Below the pieces are notes generated by a model. It was given only the letters and a program-made list of their open reading frames with translations, was not told the origin of the DNA and did not search any database. The translations under genes and the position numbers were made by a program. Shown one piece after another: positions 48,597 through 58,985 of a DNA stretch of 64,000 nucleotides. The first letter of the stretch is position 1. Each line of letters begins with the position of its first letter. This stretch comes from a bacterium (GTDB lineage Bacteria > UBA8248 > JACPRG01 > G963555815): the NCBI GenBank assembly GCA_963555815.3, contig CAUVWX020000001.1, forward strand, positions 608,001 through 672,000, read 5' to 3'.

Positions 48597-48727
48597 AAAG
48601 GCCGTAGCCGGCCTCTCGTAAGGTTCTTCTTCGAAGACAGGGCCGAGATCTCCCGCTCCTCCGAGGTGGGATCGGTGTTAGGATCCCCGTATCTCTCAAT
48701 CTCTTACACCAGAATGAGGATGGCGCT

Positions 48728-49276
48728 ATGGCTGACCTGACCACGCTACTCGATCGCAACCGGAGCTTTGCTGAGCAGTTCTCGGCAGGAGACCTCAAGA
48801 TTCTGCCCCGTCTGTCAACGATCATCTTGACCTGCGTCGACGCCCGCGTCGATCCTGCACACCTCTTCGGGCTCGGACTCGGCGACGCAGTCGTCATACG
48901 TAACGCAGGCGGCAGGATCACCCTCGCAGTGATGAGAGATCTCGGCATTCTCAGCGTTCTGGGCGCCACCGCCAACCCGCCAGGAACCAGCCCTATGCAG
49001 CCGCAACTTGTCGTTATCCACCACACCGATTGCGGAATGTCTCGTCTCGCCAACCCGGCCATCCAGGGACAGGTGGCAAAACGGCTCGGCCTCAGTGTCG
49101 ACGAGGTGTCGGCAATGGCGATCAGCGACCCTGCCAAGTCTGTGCAAGACGACGTCGAACGACTCCGTCACACCCCCGGAACGCCAGACCAACTGGTCGT
49201 CTCCGGCTTCGTCTACGACGTAAGCAACGGGACGATCAAACAAGTTGTGCCACCGGCCCCACTCCGCGCCTCCTGA
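48728..49276 (+). CDS. Beta-class carbonic anhydrase family protein (small clade D type)
   Basis: TCVDAR, RNAGG, HHTDCG zinc ligands, GFVYDV. Confidence 0.88.
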   Translation: MADLTTLLDRNRSFAEQFSAGDLKILPRLSTIILTCVDARVDPAHLFGLGLGDAVVIRNAGGRITLAVMRDLGILSVLGATANPPGTSPMQPQLVVIHHTDCGMSRLANPAIQGQVAKRLGLSVDEVSAMAISDPAKSVQDDVERLRHTPGTPDQLVVSGFVYDVSNGTIKQVVPPAPLRAS

Positions 49277-49390
49277 ACCCAAGGTTGAACCCGGATGGGA
49301 GCGCAGGAAAGACAAGAAACCTTGTCGCATGACGGCCGGCTATAAGAAGGAAGAGCTAGGGCTATGGCTAACGTTCCGCTAAAATCCTAG

Positions 49391-49546
49391 GTCCCAACGC
49401 ACCTGTTTCCATACCAGCAACGCTTTCACGGTCTCTTTCGAAAAAACGAAGTTGTGCTGCTGGAAGGAGCGGGACACTTTATTCAAGAAGATGCCGCAAG
49501 GGAAATCTGTAGCGCGATCCACAACTGGTTCCAAGGGACCGTCTAA
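49391..49546 (+). pseudogene. C-terminal remnant of an alpha/beta hydrolase (haloalkane dehalogenase-like)
   Basis: Hand translation YQQRFHGLFRKNEVVLLEGAGHFIQEDAAREICSAIHNWFQGTV*; in-frame TAG at 49388-49390, no start codon upstream of the homologous segment. Confidence 0.7.
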
Positions 49547-49571
49547 CACCCCAGAGAAAGCCAATCGGGTC

Positions 49572-50567
49572 TTGAAACCAAAAGTCCTGGTGACTCGGCT
49601 TTTGCCGGAACAGGCGATGCAGATGGTCACAAAGGCCCTCGACGCCGAGGTGAACCCACACGACCGGCCCATGAGCCGCCAAAAGCTTCTGCAGGGGCTC
49701 AAGGGCAAGGCGGGTGTTCTCTCCCTCCTGAATGATCGGATGGACGCCGAGGCCATGGACCGAGCCGGCCCCCAGCTCAAGGTCATCGCCAACTATGCCG
49801 TCGGGTTTGACAACATTCAAGTGACCGAGGCAACGCGCCGCGGGATCGTGGTGACCAACACCCCTGAGGTCTTGACGGAGACCACCGCCGACATGGCCTG
49901 GACGCTCGTCATGGCCGTCGCCCGAAGGATCGTCGAGGGAGACAAATTTCTCAGGAAAGGAAAACCCTGGGCTTGGGCGCCCCTCATGTTCCTTGGGCGG
50001 GACGTCCATGGAAAGACGCTCGGGATCTTAGGTCTTGGGCGAATCGGTCAGGCGGTGGCTCGAAGGGCCAAGGGGTTCAACATGCGGCTCATCTACTACA
50101 ACGCCATCCGCCAAAAACCCGGGGTGGAAAAAAAGCTGGGCGTCAAGTTCAAACCATTCAAGACGCTTCTTCGAGAGGCCGATTTCATCACCTGCCACAC
50201 CCCCCTACGGCCGGAGACGAGGCACCTCATCGACCAAAAGGCCCTTCGGATGATGAAAAAAAGCGCCTATCTCATCAACACGTCAAGGGGGCCTGTGGTG
50301 GACGAGAAGGCCCTGGCCGAAGCCCTGAAAAAAGGGGAGATTGCCGGGGCGGGAATTGATGTCTTTGAGAATGAGCCCAGGGTCGAGCCAAAACTTCTCA
50401 AGCTCGAAAACGTTGTCGTTTGTCCTCACATTGCCTCCGCCACCGTCGAGACGCGGACGGCCATGGGCACTTTGGCCGCAGAGAATTTGATCAATGTCCT
50501 TCGCGGGAAGACCCCCCTCACGCCCATCAATCCTGAGGTCCTCAAGAGGTCTCGCCCAAAACCTTGA
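49572..50567 (+). CDS. D-2-hydroxyacid dehydrogenase (glyoxylate/glycerate reductase-like)
   Basis: AVGFDN, NTPEVLTETTAD, GLGRIG, INTSRG, DVFENEP, PHIAS; TTG start inferred. Confidence 0.9.
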   Translation: MKPKVLVTRLLPEQAMQMVTKALDAEVNPHDRPMSRQKLLQGLKGKAGVLSLLNDRMDAEAMDRAGPQLKVIANYAVGFDNIQVTEATRRGIVVTNTPEVLTETTADMAWTLVMAVARRIVEGDKFLRKGKPWAWAPLMFLGRDVHGKTLGILGLGRIGQAVARRAKGFNMRLIYYNAIRQKPGVEKKLGVKFKPFKTLLREADFITCHTPLRPETRHLIDQKALRMMKKSAYLINTSRGPVVDEKALAEALKKGEIAGAGIDVFENEPRVEPKLLKLENVVVCPHIASATVETRTAMGTLAAENLINVLRGKTPLTPINPEVLKRSRPKP

Positions 50568-51201
50568 GGATTTCCTTCCAAGGAACAGCCCCTTCGCGGA
50601 TGAGCTTTGGCTGATCCCCTCGGACATCCAGAACCGTCGAGGCCTTCGTGGTCTTGCAGGGGCCCCCATCCAGGATGAGATCGACCCCCTGTCCCAGGCT
50701 CTTTTCCACTTGATCGGCTGAGACCGGGTCGGGACCGCCCGACAAATTGGCGCTTGTGGCTGTCACGGGGTGGCCGAGCTCCGAGATGACAGATCGAGCC
50801 AGGGCCGAGTTCGGAAGTCTCAGGCTCACGCCTCCGTCGGAACCTTTCAGGTCTGGGGGGAGATCGTCTCGCCCGGTGACGACGATGCTGAGCGGGCCGG
50901 GCCAAAATTTTTGGATGAGGCGTCTCGCCAACGCCGAAAATTTTTGCGCGACAAGCTTCGCCATTCCCTCCTCGGAGATGAGAAGCCCCAGGGGTTTTTG
51001 GCTGGAACGACCCTTGAGGGCTACGGCGCGCGCAACGGCCTTGGCGTTCAGCCCGTCGGCCGCAAGGCCGTAGAGGGTGTCGGTCGGAAGGGCGACGAGG
51101 CCGCCTTCGGCGAGGACGCGAGCCGCCTGGTGGATGATTTCAGGAGAAGGGCGGTCGGGCTCTACGGCGACCCGAAGGGGCTTTTTGGGAGTCCCTTGCA
51201 A
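50542..51201 (-). CDS. tsaC: L-threonylcarbamoyladenylate synthase (TsaC/YrdC)
   Basis: PTDTLYGL, K.R...KP, FWPGPL, TSANLSG, STVLD. Confidence 0.9.
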   Translation of the reverse strand: MQGTPKKPLRVAVEPDRPSPEIIHQAARVLAEGGLVALPTDTLYGLAADGLNAKAVARAVALKGRSSQKPLGLLISEEGMAKLVAQKFSALARRLIQKFWPGPLSIVVTGRDDLPPDLKGSDGGVSLRLPNSALARSVISELGHPVTATSANLSGGPDPVSADQVEKSLGQGVDLILDGGPCKTTKASTVLDVRGDQPKLIREGAVPWKEILKVLGETS

Positions 51202-51202
51202 G

Positions 51203-51703
51203 TCAAAGCCCGCCGATCCCTTTGGATTTTTTGGCCACTTCCTCCGCCATCTTTGCCCGGTACTGCCGGAACCTCGTGGCGAGGCCCTCGTCGTTTAGGG
51301 CGAGGATCTGGACAGCGAGGATGGCGGCGTTTCTCGCCCCCGCCTTCCCGATGGCCACGGTCGCCACCGGGATGCCCCCCGGCATCTGAACGGTGGAGAG
51401 GAGGGAATCGAGACCCTTCAGGTGAGGGCTCTCAAGAGGAACCCCGATGACGGGCCGATCGGTCTCGCTGGCGATCACTCCTGCCAGGTGGGCGGCCCCC
51501 CCAGCTCCCGCGATGAAGACTTTTACTCCTTGGCCTTCGGCCTTCCGGACGTAGTCCCTCAGCCTTTCGGGCGAGCGGTGGGCCGAGGCGACCAGAAATT
51601 CATAGGGGACGTCCAAGTCCTTCAGGATACTGAAAGCCTCTGACATGACTGGATGGTCACTGTCGCTTCCCATCACAATGCCAACTAGGGGTGTGGAGGA
51701 CAT
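51203..51703 (-). CDS. purE: N5-carboxyaminoimidazole ribonucleotide mutase
   Basis: MGSDSD, SAHRSP, AGGAAHL, STVQMPGGIPVATV. Confidence 0.96.
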   Translation of the reverse strand: MSSTPLVGIVMGSDSDHPVMSEAFSILKDLDVPYEFLVASAHRSPERLRDYVRKAEGQGVKVFIAGAGGAAHLAGVIASETDRPVIGVPLESPHLKGLDSLLSTVQMPGGIPVATVAIGKAGARNAAILAVQILALNDEGLATRFRQYRAKMAEEVAKKSKGIGGL

Positions 51704-51770
51704 TTTGGGCTCACACGTGGGCGATATATTCAATTTTCTTCACTAAAAACACCCTCGCAAGACTTGCCGC

Positions 51771-51846
51771 CTTTTAGCACGGGCCGAGGGGCCTGTCAAT
51801 CAAAGCCCCTTCTGTCTTGACCCGGAAGGGCATCTGAACCTATGTT
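51771..51846. promoter_or_regulatory. Divergent promoters for purE and rarA
   Basis: Minus: TTGACA(51799)-17-TAAAAG with TG extension; plus: TTGACC(51817)-18-TATGTT. Confidence 0.5.
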
Positions 51847-51888
51847 GGTTTTTGCTGGACTGGTGCGGTTTTCCTGGGGGCTTTTTGT

Positions 51889-53277
51889 TTGACCGAAAGT
51901 TTGGAACTCTTCGAATCACCAAAGGGAAGGGGGCGTTCGTCCCCTGAGCCTAAAGAAGTCCGCCCTCTCGCCGACCGGATGCGCCCCAAAGATCTTGAAG
52001 AGTTTCTGGGGCAGCAACACATCCTGGGGGAAGGCAAGATTCTCCGCCGGATCATCGAGGGGGACGAGCCCACCTCTCTCCTCTTCTGGGGCCCGCCGGG
52101 CTCTGGAAAAACAACCCTCGGCCACATCATCGCCAACCGGACAGGGACCCACTTCGAAGCTTTTAGCGCTGTCCTCTCGGGCGTCAAAGAGCTCCGGGAG
52201 GTGGTTGCCGGCGCCCAGCACCGCCTGAGCGTCGAGAGAAAACGCACGGTTCTCTTTGTCGATGAGATTCACCGGTTCAACAAGGCCCAGCAGGACGCCT
52301 TTTTGCCCCACGTAGAATCGGGCCTCATCACCCTGATCGGCGCCACCACTGAAAACCCCTCCTTCGAGATCATCTCCGCCCTTCTCTCGAGGTGCCAGGT
52401 CTTTGTCCTGGAACCTCTCAAGGAGGAAGAGGTGGTCGAGATCCTGAGACGAACCCTCGTCTCTGAACAGGGGCTTGCGCCCCTTCGGGTGGACGCCGAT
52501 GAAGATGCCATGGGGCACTTGGCCCAAATGGCGAACGGGGACGCCCGGATCGCCCTGAACGCGCTTGAGATGGCGGCCCTGGCGGCCGCGCCAGACCCCA
52601 GGGGACGGCGCAGGGTCCGCCTGGAGGACGCCGAAGGGGCCCTCCAGCGCCGCGCCCTTCTCTACGACAAGGCGGGCGAAGAGCACTACAACATCATCTC
52701 GGCCCTCCACAAGAGCCTCAGGGGGAGCGACCCCGACGCTGCCCTCTACTGGCTCGCCCGGATGATCGAGAGCGGGGAAGACCCCCTCTACATCGCCCGC
52801 CGGATGGTCCGGTTCGCATCAGAGGACATCGGTCTTGCGGACCCCCAGGCCCTCACCATCTCCATCGCCGCAAAGGACGCCTTTCATTTCATCGGCCCGC
52901 CCGAAGGCTATTTAGCCCTGGCCGAGGCGGCCGTCTATCTGGCCACGGCGCCCAAGAGCAATGCCCTTTACCGGGCCTACGGCGAGGCCTCGCGCGACGT
53001 CCGGGAGACCATGAACGAGCCGGTCCCCCTTCACATCCGAAACGCCCCGACGCGCCTCATGAAAAAGCTCGGCTACGGCAAAGACTATCAATACGCCCAC
53101 GACCGTGAAGAGGCTTTTGTGCCCGAGCAGACCCATCTGCCCGACAACCTGTCTGAGCGCATTTACTATCAGCCGACAGACCGGGGCTACGAAAAATCCG
53201 TCGCCGAGCAGTTGAACCACTGGAGAGAGCTGGTCAGGAGGGCAAAAAAACCAGGGAAACAAGACCCTAAACCATGA
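51889..53277 (+). CDS. rarA: Replication-associated recombination protein A
   Basis: [55 protein letters not shown]. Confidence 0.95.
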   Translation: MTESLELFESPKGRGRSSPEPKEVRPLADRMRPKDLEEFLGQQHILGEGKILRRIIEGDEPTSLLFWGPPGSGKTTLGHIIANRTGTHFEAFSAVLSGVKELREVVAGAQHRLSVERKRTVLFVDEIHRFNKAQQDAFLPHVESGLITLIGATTENPSFEIISALLSRCQVFVLEPLKEEEVVEILRRTLVSEQGLAPLRVDADEDAMGHLAQMANGDARIALNALEMAALAAAPDPRGRRRVRLEDAEGALQRRALLYDKAGEEHYNIISALHKSLRGSDPDAALYWLARMIESGEDPLYIARRMVRFASEDIGLADPQALTISIAAKDAFHFIGPPEGYLALAEAAVYLATAPKSNALYRAYGEASRDVRETMNEPVPLHIRNAPTRLMKKLGYGKDYQYAHDREEAFVPEQTHLPDNLSERIYYQPTDRGYEKSVAEQLNHWRELVRRAKKPGKQDPKP

Positions 53278-53333
53278 TAAAAGTTCCTGGATCTCCTGCC
53301 CGTTCGCAAGACAAAAGAGAGAGGAGAGGATAA

Positions 53334-53729
53334 GTGCGAGTGGTCCCGGCCCTAGGAGGGCTGCTATCTGCGGCGTTCTTTCTGACCACAGTCGCCGCCC
53401 AGCACCCTCACTCTCCACCGGGTCCAGCGGCCGAAGAGGAGGGACGGGTTTTTGAATTGCGTATCCAGGACCAAAAGCTAACGGGGGCCGATAATGTGCT
53501 GCGCGTCACACAGGGGGAGACGGTGACCCTCCGCTGGACGAGCAACGAAGCAATGTCCGTTCACCTCCACGGCTACGACATCGAGGAGCAGGTGAAACCG
53601 GATGCCCCCGCTGTGTTCACTTTCAAGGCCCACGCCACCGGCCGGTTTCCCATCGCCGCCCACGGACTCGGCGGGCCTGCGCACGGAGAAGAAACTATCC
53701 TCCTCTATCTAGAGGTCCACCCCCGGTGA
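53334..53729 (+). CDS. Exported cupredoxin-fold-like, His-rich protein
   Basis: Signal peptide; VTQGETVTL, VHLHGYD, GRFPIAAH. Confidence 0.6.
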   Translation: MRVVPALGGLLSAAFFLTTVAAQHPHSPPGPAAEEEGRVFELRIQDQKLTGADNVLRVTQGETVTLRWTSNEAMSVHLHGYDIEEQVKPDAPAVFTFKAHATGRFPIAAHGLGGPAHGEETILLYLEVHPR

Positions 53730-55306
53730 GTAGACACTGGAGAAAGCGGCTGGTCGGCCTGGGAGGAATCGCCGCCACCCTCGGCTGGACTGTGCCTGCG
53801 CACGCCCACGCTTTCGGCCAGCGTTACGACCTGCCCGTTCCCCTTTGGCTTTATCTGGCCGGCGCGGGCGCGGCGGTAGCCCTCTCATTCGCCGCCGTGG
53901 GTCTCTTTGTCCGAGGTAACCCGGGACTCCATGCCTACCCCCGCCTCAACCTGCTTCGCTGGCGCGGGGGCCGTTTCCTCGCTCATCCTTTCACCCTCTT
54001 CGTGGTGAAGCTGTTCGCCCTAGGCGTGTTCGTCCTGGTCCTCCTCGCGGGCTACCTGGGAAACCAAAACCCGATCAGGAATGTGACTCCGACCATGGTG
54101 TGGATCATCTGGTGGGTTGGTCTGGCCTTCGTCTCCCCCCTGCTGGGAAATCTGTGGGCGTTGATCAACCCCTGGAAGATCGCCTTCGCCTGGGCAGAGG
54201 CCCTCTACCGCCGTTTTAAACCCGGCGAAGAACTTTCGGCCCGCCACTCCTATCCGAAGTGGCTTGGGGTCTGGCCCGGGGTCATCCTGTTCTTCGCATT
54301 TGCTTGGGCGGAGCTGGTATGGGACGGCAGCGTGGTGCCTCTCAAGATCTCCTTCGCGGCGACTGTTTACTCCCTCATCACCTGGTTCGGAATGTTCCTC
54401 TTTGGAAGAGAGCAATGGCTTCGGCACGGGGAAGCCTTCTCCGTGGTCTTCGGCATCCTGGCGCGGTTTGCCCCCACCGAGGTCCGGGTGCGGAACCCGG
54501 CCGTCTGTCAGACCTGTTCCTCAGTCGAATACGGGTCAGCCGAATGCGGGCACGAGGACAAGGGTTGTGTCAATTGTTACGAGTGCTTCAGCCGGGCAGA
54601 CAAATCAGACCGCGAGTGGAACTTACGGCCCCCCGCCGTTGGTCTTATCAGGGACGGGGGGGTCCCTCTTTCCATGGTCGTATTTGTCCTGTTGGTCCTC
54701 TCGACGGTCACCTTTGACGGTTTCACCGAGACCCCCCCATGGGTGAAGATTGTGTTTTCCTTCTACAACTCCTTTCAATGGATGGGCGGGTATGAAGGTC
54801 CCCTTATCTCCACTCTGGGGCTCGTCGGCTTCCCGATTCTGTTCCTGGGTGTCTATTTCATCTTTTGTGCCCTGATGGCTGCTGTCAGCGACAACCAGCT
54901 TTCTACGGGGAAGCTGGCCAGCCTCTTTGTCTTTTCCCTCGTCCCTATCGCCATCGCCTACCACCTATCCCACAACCTCTCCTTCCTCCTGGTCCAGGGC
55001 CAGGACATCATCCGCATAGCATCCGACCCCTTCGGGTTCGGCTGGGACCTTCTGGGAACGGCACAGTACCGAATCAACATCGGGCTCATTGGCGCCCGGT
55101 TCATCTGGTTCACCTCGGTGATCGCGATTGTGCTAGGCCACATCATTTCCGTTTACCTGGCGCATGTGATGGCCCTGCGGGCCATGCGAGAAAGGAAACT
55201 CGCCCTTCGCAGCCAATATCCGATGTTGGCCCTGATGGTGAGCTACACCGTGGTCAGCCTCTGGATTCTTGCTCAGCCCATCGTTGAAACCGCAACGGCA
55301 GGATAA
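53726..55306 (+). CDS. Polytopic membrane protein with N-terminal AHAH and Cys-rich loop (resembles proteins annotated as fenitrothion hydrolase-like)
   Basis: HAFGQRYDLPVPLW, INPW, TFDGF, SLVPIAIAYH, SDPFG.GW, GHI, SQYP; GTGA overlap with upstream gene. Confidence 0.65.
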   Translation: MSRHWRKRLVGLGGIAATLGWTVPAHAHAFGQRYDLPVPLWLYLAGAGAAVALSFAAVGLFVRGNPGLHAYPRLNLLRWRGGRFLAHPFTLFVVKLFALGVFVLVLLAGYLGNQNPIRNVTPTMVWIIWWVGLAFVSPLLGNLWALINPWKIAFAWAEALYRRFKPGEELSARHSYPKWLGVWPGVILFFAFAWAELVWDGSVVPLKISFAATVYSLITWFGMFLFGREQWLRHGEAFSVVFGILARFAPTEVRVRNPAVCQTCSSVEYGSAECGHEDKGCVNCYECFSRADKSDREWNLRPPAVGLIRDGGVPLSMVVFVLLVLSTVTFDGFTETPPWVKIVFSFYNSFQWMGGYEGPLISTLGLVGFPILFLGVYFIFCALMAAVSDNQLSTGKLASLFVFSLVPIAIAYHLSHNLSFLLVQGQDIIRIASDPFGFGWDLLGTAQYRINIGLIGARFIWFTSVIAIVLGHIISVYLAHVMALRAMRERKLALRSQYPMLALMVSYTVVSLWILAQPIVETATAG

Positions 55307-55688
55307 GAACCTGCGGAAAGAAAGGCGTTTCCGTCACGGGGCTGTCTCCGTCTTATTGGGGGCCTGCCTTCTCATCAGCTCGTGCAGCTCTGAGCCACAC
55401 ACTCAGGGCCCAATGAATGACATTCTGGTTCACTTCTATGCCATCAGGACCACCCTGAACAGGGGATTCCTGGAGCTGTCTTCTGCCCTTGTGGACGCGA
55501 ACCACATCGAGGCGAGCGCAAAGGCCCTCGAGGGGACATACACGGAGCAAGCTCAACAGGTTTTTGCCGAAAGGCTTCAGGAAAAGGCGCGAGAACTGGA
55601 GGCCGCCATATCCGAAGAGGATGCTGAAAGGACCCGCCTTCTTTTAGACGAGCTTCAAACGATCCTGATAGACCTCAACGCCCTTTAG
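55269..55688 (+). CDS. Hypothetical helical lipoprotein
   Basis: Basic N-region, hydrophobic stretch and LISSC lipobox-like motif; true start unclear (TTG 55284 or CTG 55311). Confidence 0.5.
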   Translation: MLSPSLKPQRQDKNLRKERRFRHGAVSVLLGACLLISSCSSEPHTQGPMNDILVHFYAIRTTLNRGFLELSSALVDANHIEASAKALEGTYTEQAQQVFAERLQEKARELEAAISEEDAERTRLLLDELQTILIDLNAL

Positions 55689-55714
55689 CTTGTCGTCTGG
55701 AGTTCACAAACTCG

Positions 55715-56833
55715 TCAGAAAAAATTCACTATTAGGAAAAAGAGAAGCCCGCTCAGCAACGCCGCCAATGGAAGGGTGATAACCCACGCCGCCGAAATTT
55801 CCGTCACGGTCTTCCGTCTGCAGCTTCGATTCGCAACGCCAATGCCCAAGATAGCGCTGCAGGAGACGTGTGTCGTTGAGACGGGCACCCCAAAGAGCGA
55901 TGCGGAAAGCACCAGCGTAGAAGTAACCAGGTTGGCGGAGAGCCCCTGGCCCGGACTCAGATCGGTAATGCGGTGGCTCATGGTCTCAGCCACGCCCTGG
56001 GAGTTCAGCCACCCTCCCAGCACCATCGCCGCCGTGACACATCCGAGCGCCCAATAAGGCAAACCTCCTGGGGCGATCAGCAGCAAGGCGGCGATCTTCG
56101 GCGTGTCATTCACGGCGCGACTGAAGCACACCGCCCCGGCGCTGAGGTAATGGGTGCGGGTCACGACGTCCTCGGCTTCCAGGCCGACGAATTTCCCCTC
56201 ATATCGCTCCTTGCAGTTTTCCAACTGATCGACACTGACTCGCATCCCTGAAGCGGCCAGGACGACAGAGCCGTCCGTCCGCACGGAGACGAGAACCGGC
56301 GGTTCTTTCCCGATGCAGAGACAGGTCTGTCGTGTGATGCCGTAGACCGTCCGAAGGCGGCGCAGGACTGGATAGCCGCCTGCCGCTATGGCGACGGCGA
56401 GCACCGGGCTCAGAAGCATCGGTATCGCAAAGCCGTTGAGGAGTACCCCCCAGTTCGCTTCGCTTGCCGAGCCCGCGACCGCAATTCCGGCGAGGGATCC
56501 CGTCAACGCGTGGGTGGTCGAAGTAGGAAGCCCCAACCACGTCGCCAGCGAAATTGTCAAGGCGCTCCCGACTCCGACAGCGATCAAAACCGGGGCGGTC
56601 CCAGCCAGATCGTCCGGGATCAAGCCCTTCCCGCTGAAGGTGGCGATGAGCTTCCCCGCCGCGAACACGGAGACGAAACTTCCCGCGGCCGTGGCGACGG
56701 TCGCCCACACAAGGGCCTGTTTAAAGCTCGCGGTGGAGCTTCCGTAAACCGTGGCGACGCCCTTAAAATTGTCGTTGGCTCCGTTGGAGTAGGCGAGCCA
56801 AAAGACCACCACGGCGAGAATTGCCATTGTCAA
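55715..56833 (-). CDS. PiT family inorganic phosphate/anion transporter
   Basis: GANDNFKG, PTSTTH, VNDTPK, PVSTTH duplicated PiT signatures. Confidence 0.88.
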   Translation of the reverse strand: MTMAILAVVVFWLAYSNGANDNFKGVATVYGSSTASFKQALVWATVATAAGSFVSVFAAGKLIATFSGKGLIPDDLAGTAPVLIAVGVGSALTISLATWLGLPTSTTHALTGSLAGIAVAGSASEANWGVLLNGFAIPMLLSPVLAVAIAAGGYPVLRRLRTVYGITRQTCLCIGKEPPVLVSVRTDGSVVLAASGMRVSVDQLENCKERYEGKFVGLEAEDVVTRTHYLSAGAVCFSRAVNDTPKIAALLLIAPGGLPYWALGCVTAAMVLGGWLNSQGVAETMSHRITDLSPGQGLSANLVTSTLVLSASLFGVPVSTTHVSCSAILGIGVANRSCRRKTVTEISAAWVITLPLAALLSGLLFFLIVNFF

Positions 56834-56934
56834 TGAACGAATCCCCTAAAGACGACGGCCGGACCAGGAGCGTTCGGCGTGAAAGATCCTGGTTGTGCGG
56901 CGCAGCTTGCTGTCCCTGGGCTTACAAAGACAAA

Positions 56935-58596
56935 TTATAGCCCACCTGATTGGTGAGGGGACAAAGACTGCGGACTCACTCTCTTGGCCCGAAGGTGTCC
57001 AAACCAGCTTGCGACCCCAGCCCCGGACAGGAACAAGACGAGAGGCATCAGGGTCTCCCGATGTCGAACCAGCGTGAAGATGTTCGCCTCGTAAAGGACA
57101 AGAAACTGCATGTCTACCGCCAGGTAGGCCAGGAGGAAAACGACGAAGGTACGCTGACGGCGCCAGGCCTGTCGCAGCCCGAATACAGCCGCCGCCAGGC
57201 AGGCAACCCAGAGGACAAAGAGGCCGTTTGCCGCGGCGCCCTTCAAGCCGGCAAGCTTTCCGGGCAAGGGCTCGAGCCAAAAGTGGTAGAGCCCACGCCC
57301 GTAGGCAAGGGAAAGCTCCCCGGAGTTCCACTCCGTGCGAAAATCTAGCGCCTTTCCTTCGTAGTAGCGGTCCGGCCAGATTCGGTAGGTCGTTCCACCG
57401 GCCCTCTCCTGGGAGTAGTGATAACCGTAGTACAAAGCCCCAAGATCCAGAAGGGTCCGATGGGCGGGGGGGGAGCGGACCAAGGCGATGGAACCCGCAA
57501 CTAGCCCGACGATAAGGAGAACCCGGGCGCAGGGACGAAGCCGTCTGAAGGCCCAGATGACCGTCACGAGAAACGTGCCAAGGACCACAGCCGCGAGCAA
57601 CGTCACACCCCACCTGCCCCTCACCAGGAAAGCGCCAAAGACGAAAGCGGCAGCCAGGACATAGGCCGCAGGCCTCCGTTCACCCAGGGCGACGAAGAGA
57701 GACCAGGCGGCCCCCATCAGCATAAGGGCATAGTAGGGCTCCTTCAGCATGTCGAGAGACCAGACAAAGGAGGTCGGAAAGAAGGCGAGGAGAATGGCGC
57801 AGGCCCTCGCGGTGGTGGAACCGAACGCCCGACGCGTGAGGGCGAAACCAAAAAGGCTGACGGCGAAGCCCACTACGGCGGTGATCATCCTCGAAGCGAT
57901 GACTTCATCGCCAAAGAAGTAGAAAAAGAGGACCTGGGGCAAGAGGTGCCGGGCGTCGCTGTGGACAAAAAGGAAGCTGCTTTCCGCCCGCCCTATCTCA
58001 ATCAGGGTGGCGGGAGACACCCAGAGCCCACGCCAGGCTCTGGCGATCCCCTGGCTGAGGAGGGTCCTATCCGCCCCGTCCCCAAAAAGCATCGGCACCT
58101 GCGATGGAAGCTCCGGGTCAAGGTAGCCATAGACGCGGCCCATTTGGCTGAGAACCAGGAAGATGACGGCGACCAGCAACAAGCGGCCGCCCAGTCCAAA
58201 GGCGGCAAGGCCGTAAAGGAACCGCCTTTCCTCAGCCGGTTGGGTGCGGACAAAGGCCCACAGAAGGAAGGCCGTGCCTGCCAGGAGGACCGAGAGCCCC
58301 GGGGCCGCCCAGGTGAGAAACCCAATGCCGACCCCGACAGTGAACGCCAAAAGCATCTTGGGGGTGAGCGGATTTCGGGTGGACGAGGCCTCTTGGCCTT
58401 CCGTGATCTCCCGGCCGCTCCCCTGGACGCGGTTTGAACGAAATAGAAGGACAGCGATGGCGACCACCGCTGCGCCCCGCGCCAGGTAGCCATCGAGAAA
58501 AATCCGGCTCCCCGTCGCCCACACCAGGATGAGATTGGTCGCGAGGGCTGCCCCTGAGACCAGCGCTAGGACGCTGGGGGTCAAAACCCTTGGCAT
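56935..58596 (-). CDS. GT-C / PMT-like polytopic membrane protein (glycosyltransferase or polymerase-like)
   Basis: More than ten TM segments, first-loop GDG, FFP...WS...LKE, late periplasmic loop, RHR. Confidence 0.55.
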   Translation of the reverse strand: MPRVLTPSVLALVSGAALATNLILVWATGSRIFLDGYLARGAAVVAIAVLLFRSNRVQGSGREITEGQEASSTRNPLTPKMLLAFTVGVGIGFLTWAAPGLSVLLAGTAFLLWAFVRTQPAEERRFLYGLAAFGLGGRLLLVAVIFLVLSQMGRVYGYLDPELPSQVPMLFGDGADRTLLSQGIARAWRGLWVSPATLIEIGRAESSFLFVHSDARHLLPQVLFFYFFGDEVIASRMITAVVGFAVSLFGFALTRRAFGSTTARACAILLAFFPTSFVWSLDMLKEPYYALMLMGAAWSLFVALGERRPAAYVLAAAFVFGAFLVRGRWGVTLLAAVVLGTFLVTVIWAFRRLRPCARVLLIVGLVAGSIALVRSPPAHRTLLDLGALYYGYHYSQERAGGTTYRIWPDRYYEGKALDFRTEWNSGELSLAYGRGLYHFWLEPLPGKLAGLKGAAANGLFVLWVACLAAAVFGLRQAWRRQRTFVVFLLAYLAVDMQFLVLYEANIFTLVRHRETLMPLVLFLSGAGVASWFGHLRAKRVSPQSLSPHQSGGL

Positions 58597-58620
58597 GTCC
58601 CTATCCTTTTTTGACTCGCT

Positions 58621-58985
58621 CTATTGGCAGGGCCGATCGAAGAGGACCTCAAAGGACATCACCTGGTTGGTCGAATCGTCCCACTCGACAAAGGCCTGAA
58701 CCCGGGCAGTCGCGCCCGCCTGGATTAATTTCAAAAAAGACCCATGAACAGCCAGCTGCGGATACGTCAGGTGCACAGACCGGCCGTGCTGCATCCCGTC
58801 CCCGGTGAAAAAAAGACGCTGTCCCCCACCACGACTGCCATCGCGGCCGTGCCCGGGGGGGGAATCAGGTTGAAAAAGACCCTGTTGATGCACCCCGTCA
58901 CACGCTCCGGCGCCCCCTCCCCTTGAACAACGAGGCCGGCGCCCAGAAGGAGCGCGATCATCAGGGCCCCTATGGTCTTCCTCAT
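58621..58985 (-). pseudogene. Small secreted protein split by a frameshift at a T7 run
   Basis: ORF 58767..58985 has RBS and signal peptide; ORF 58621..58893 becomes protein-like only after the T7 run (A7 at 58808-58814 on + strand). Confidence 0.55.

Noticed and set aside
58767..58769. TGA after LCT as a third selenocysteine codon
   Set aside because: Read-through adds only RIRSWLFMGLF before another stop and no known redox motif results; a frameshift explains the locus better
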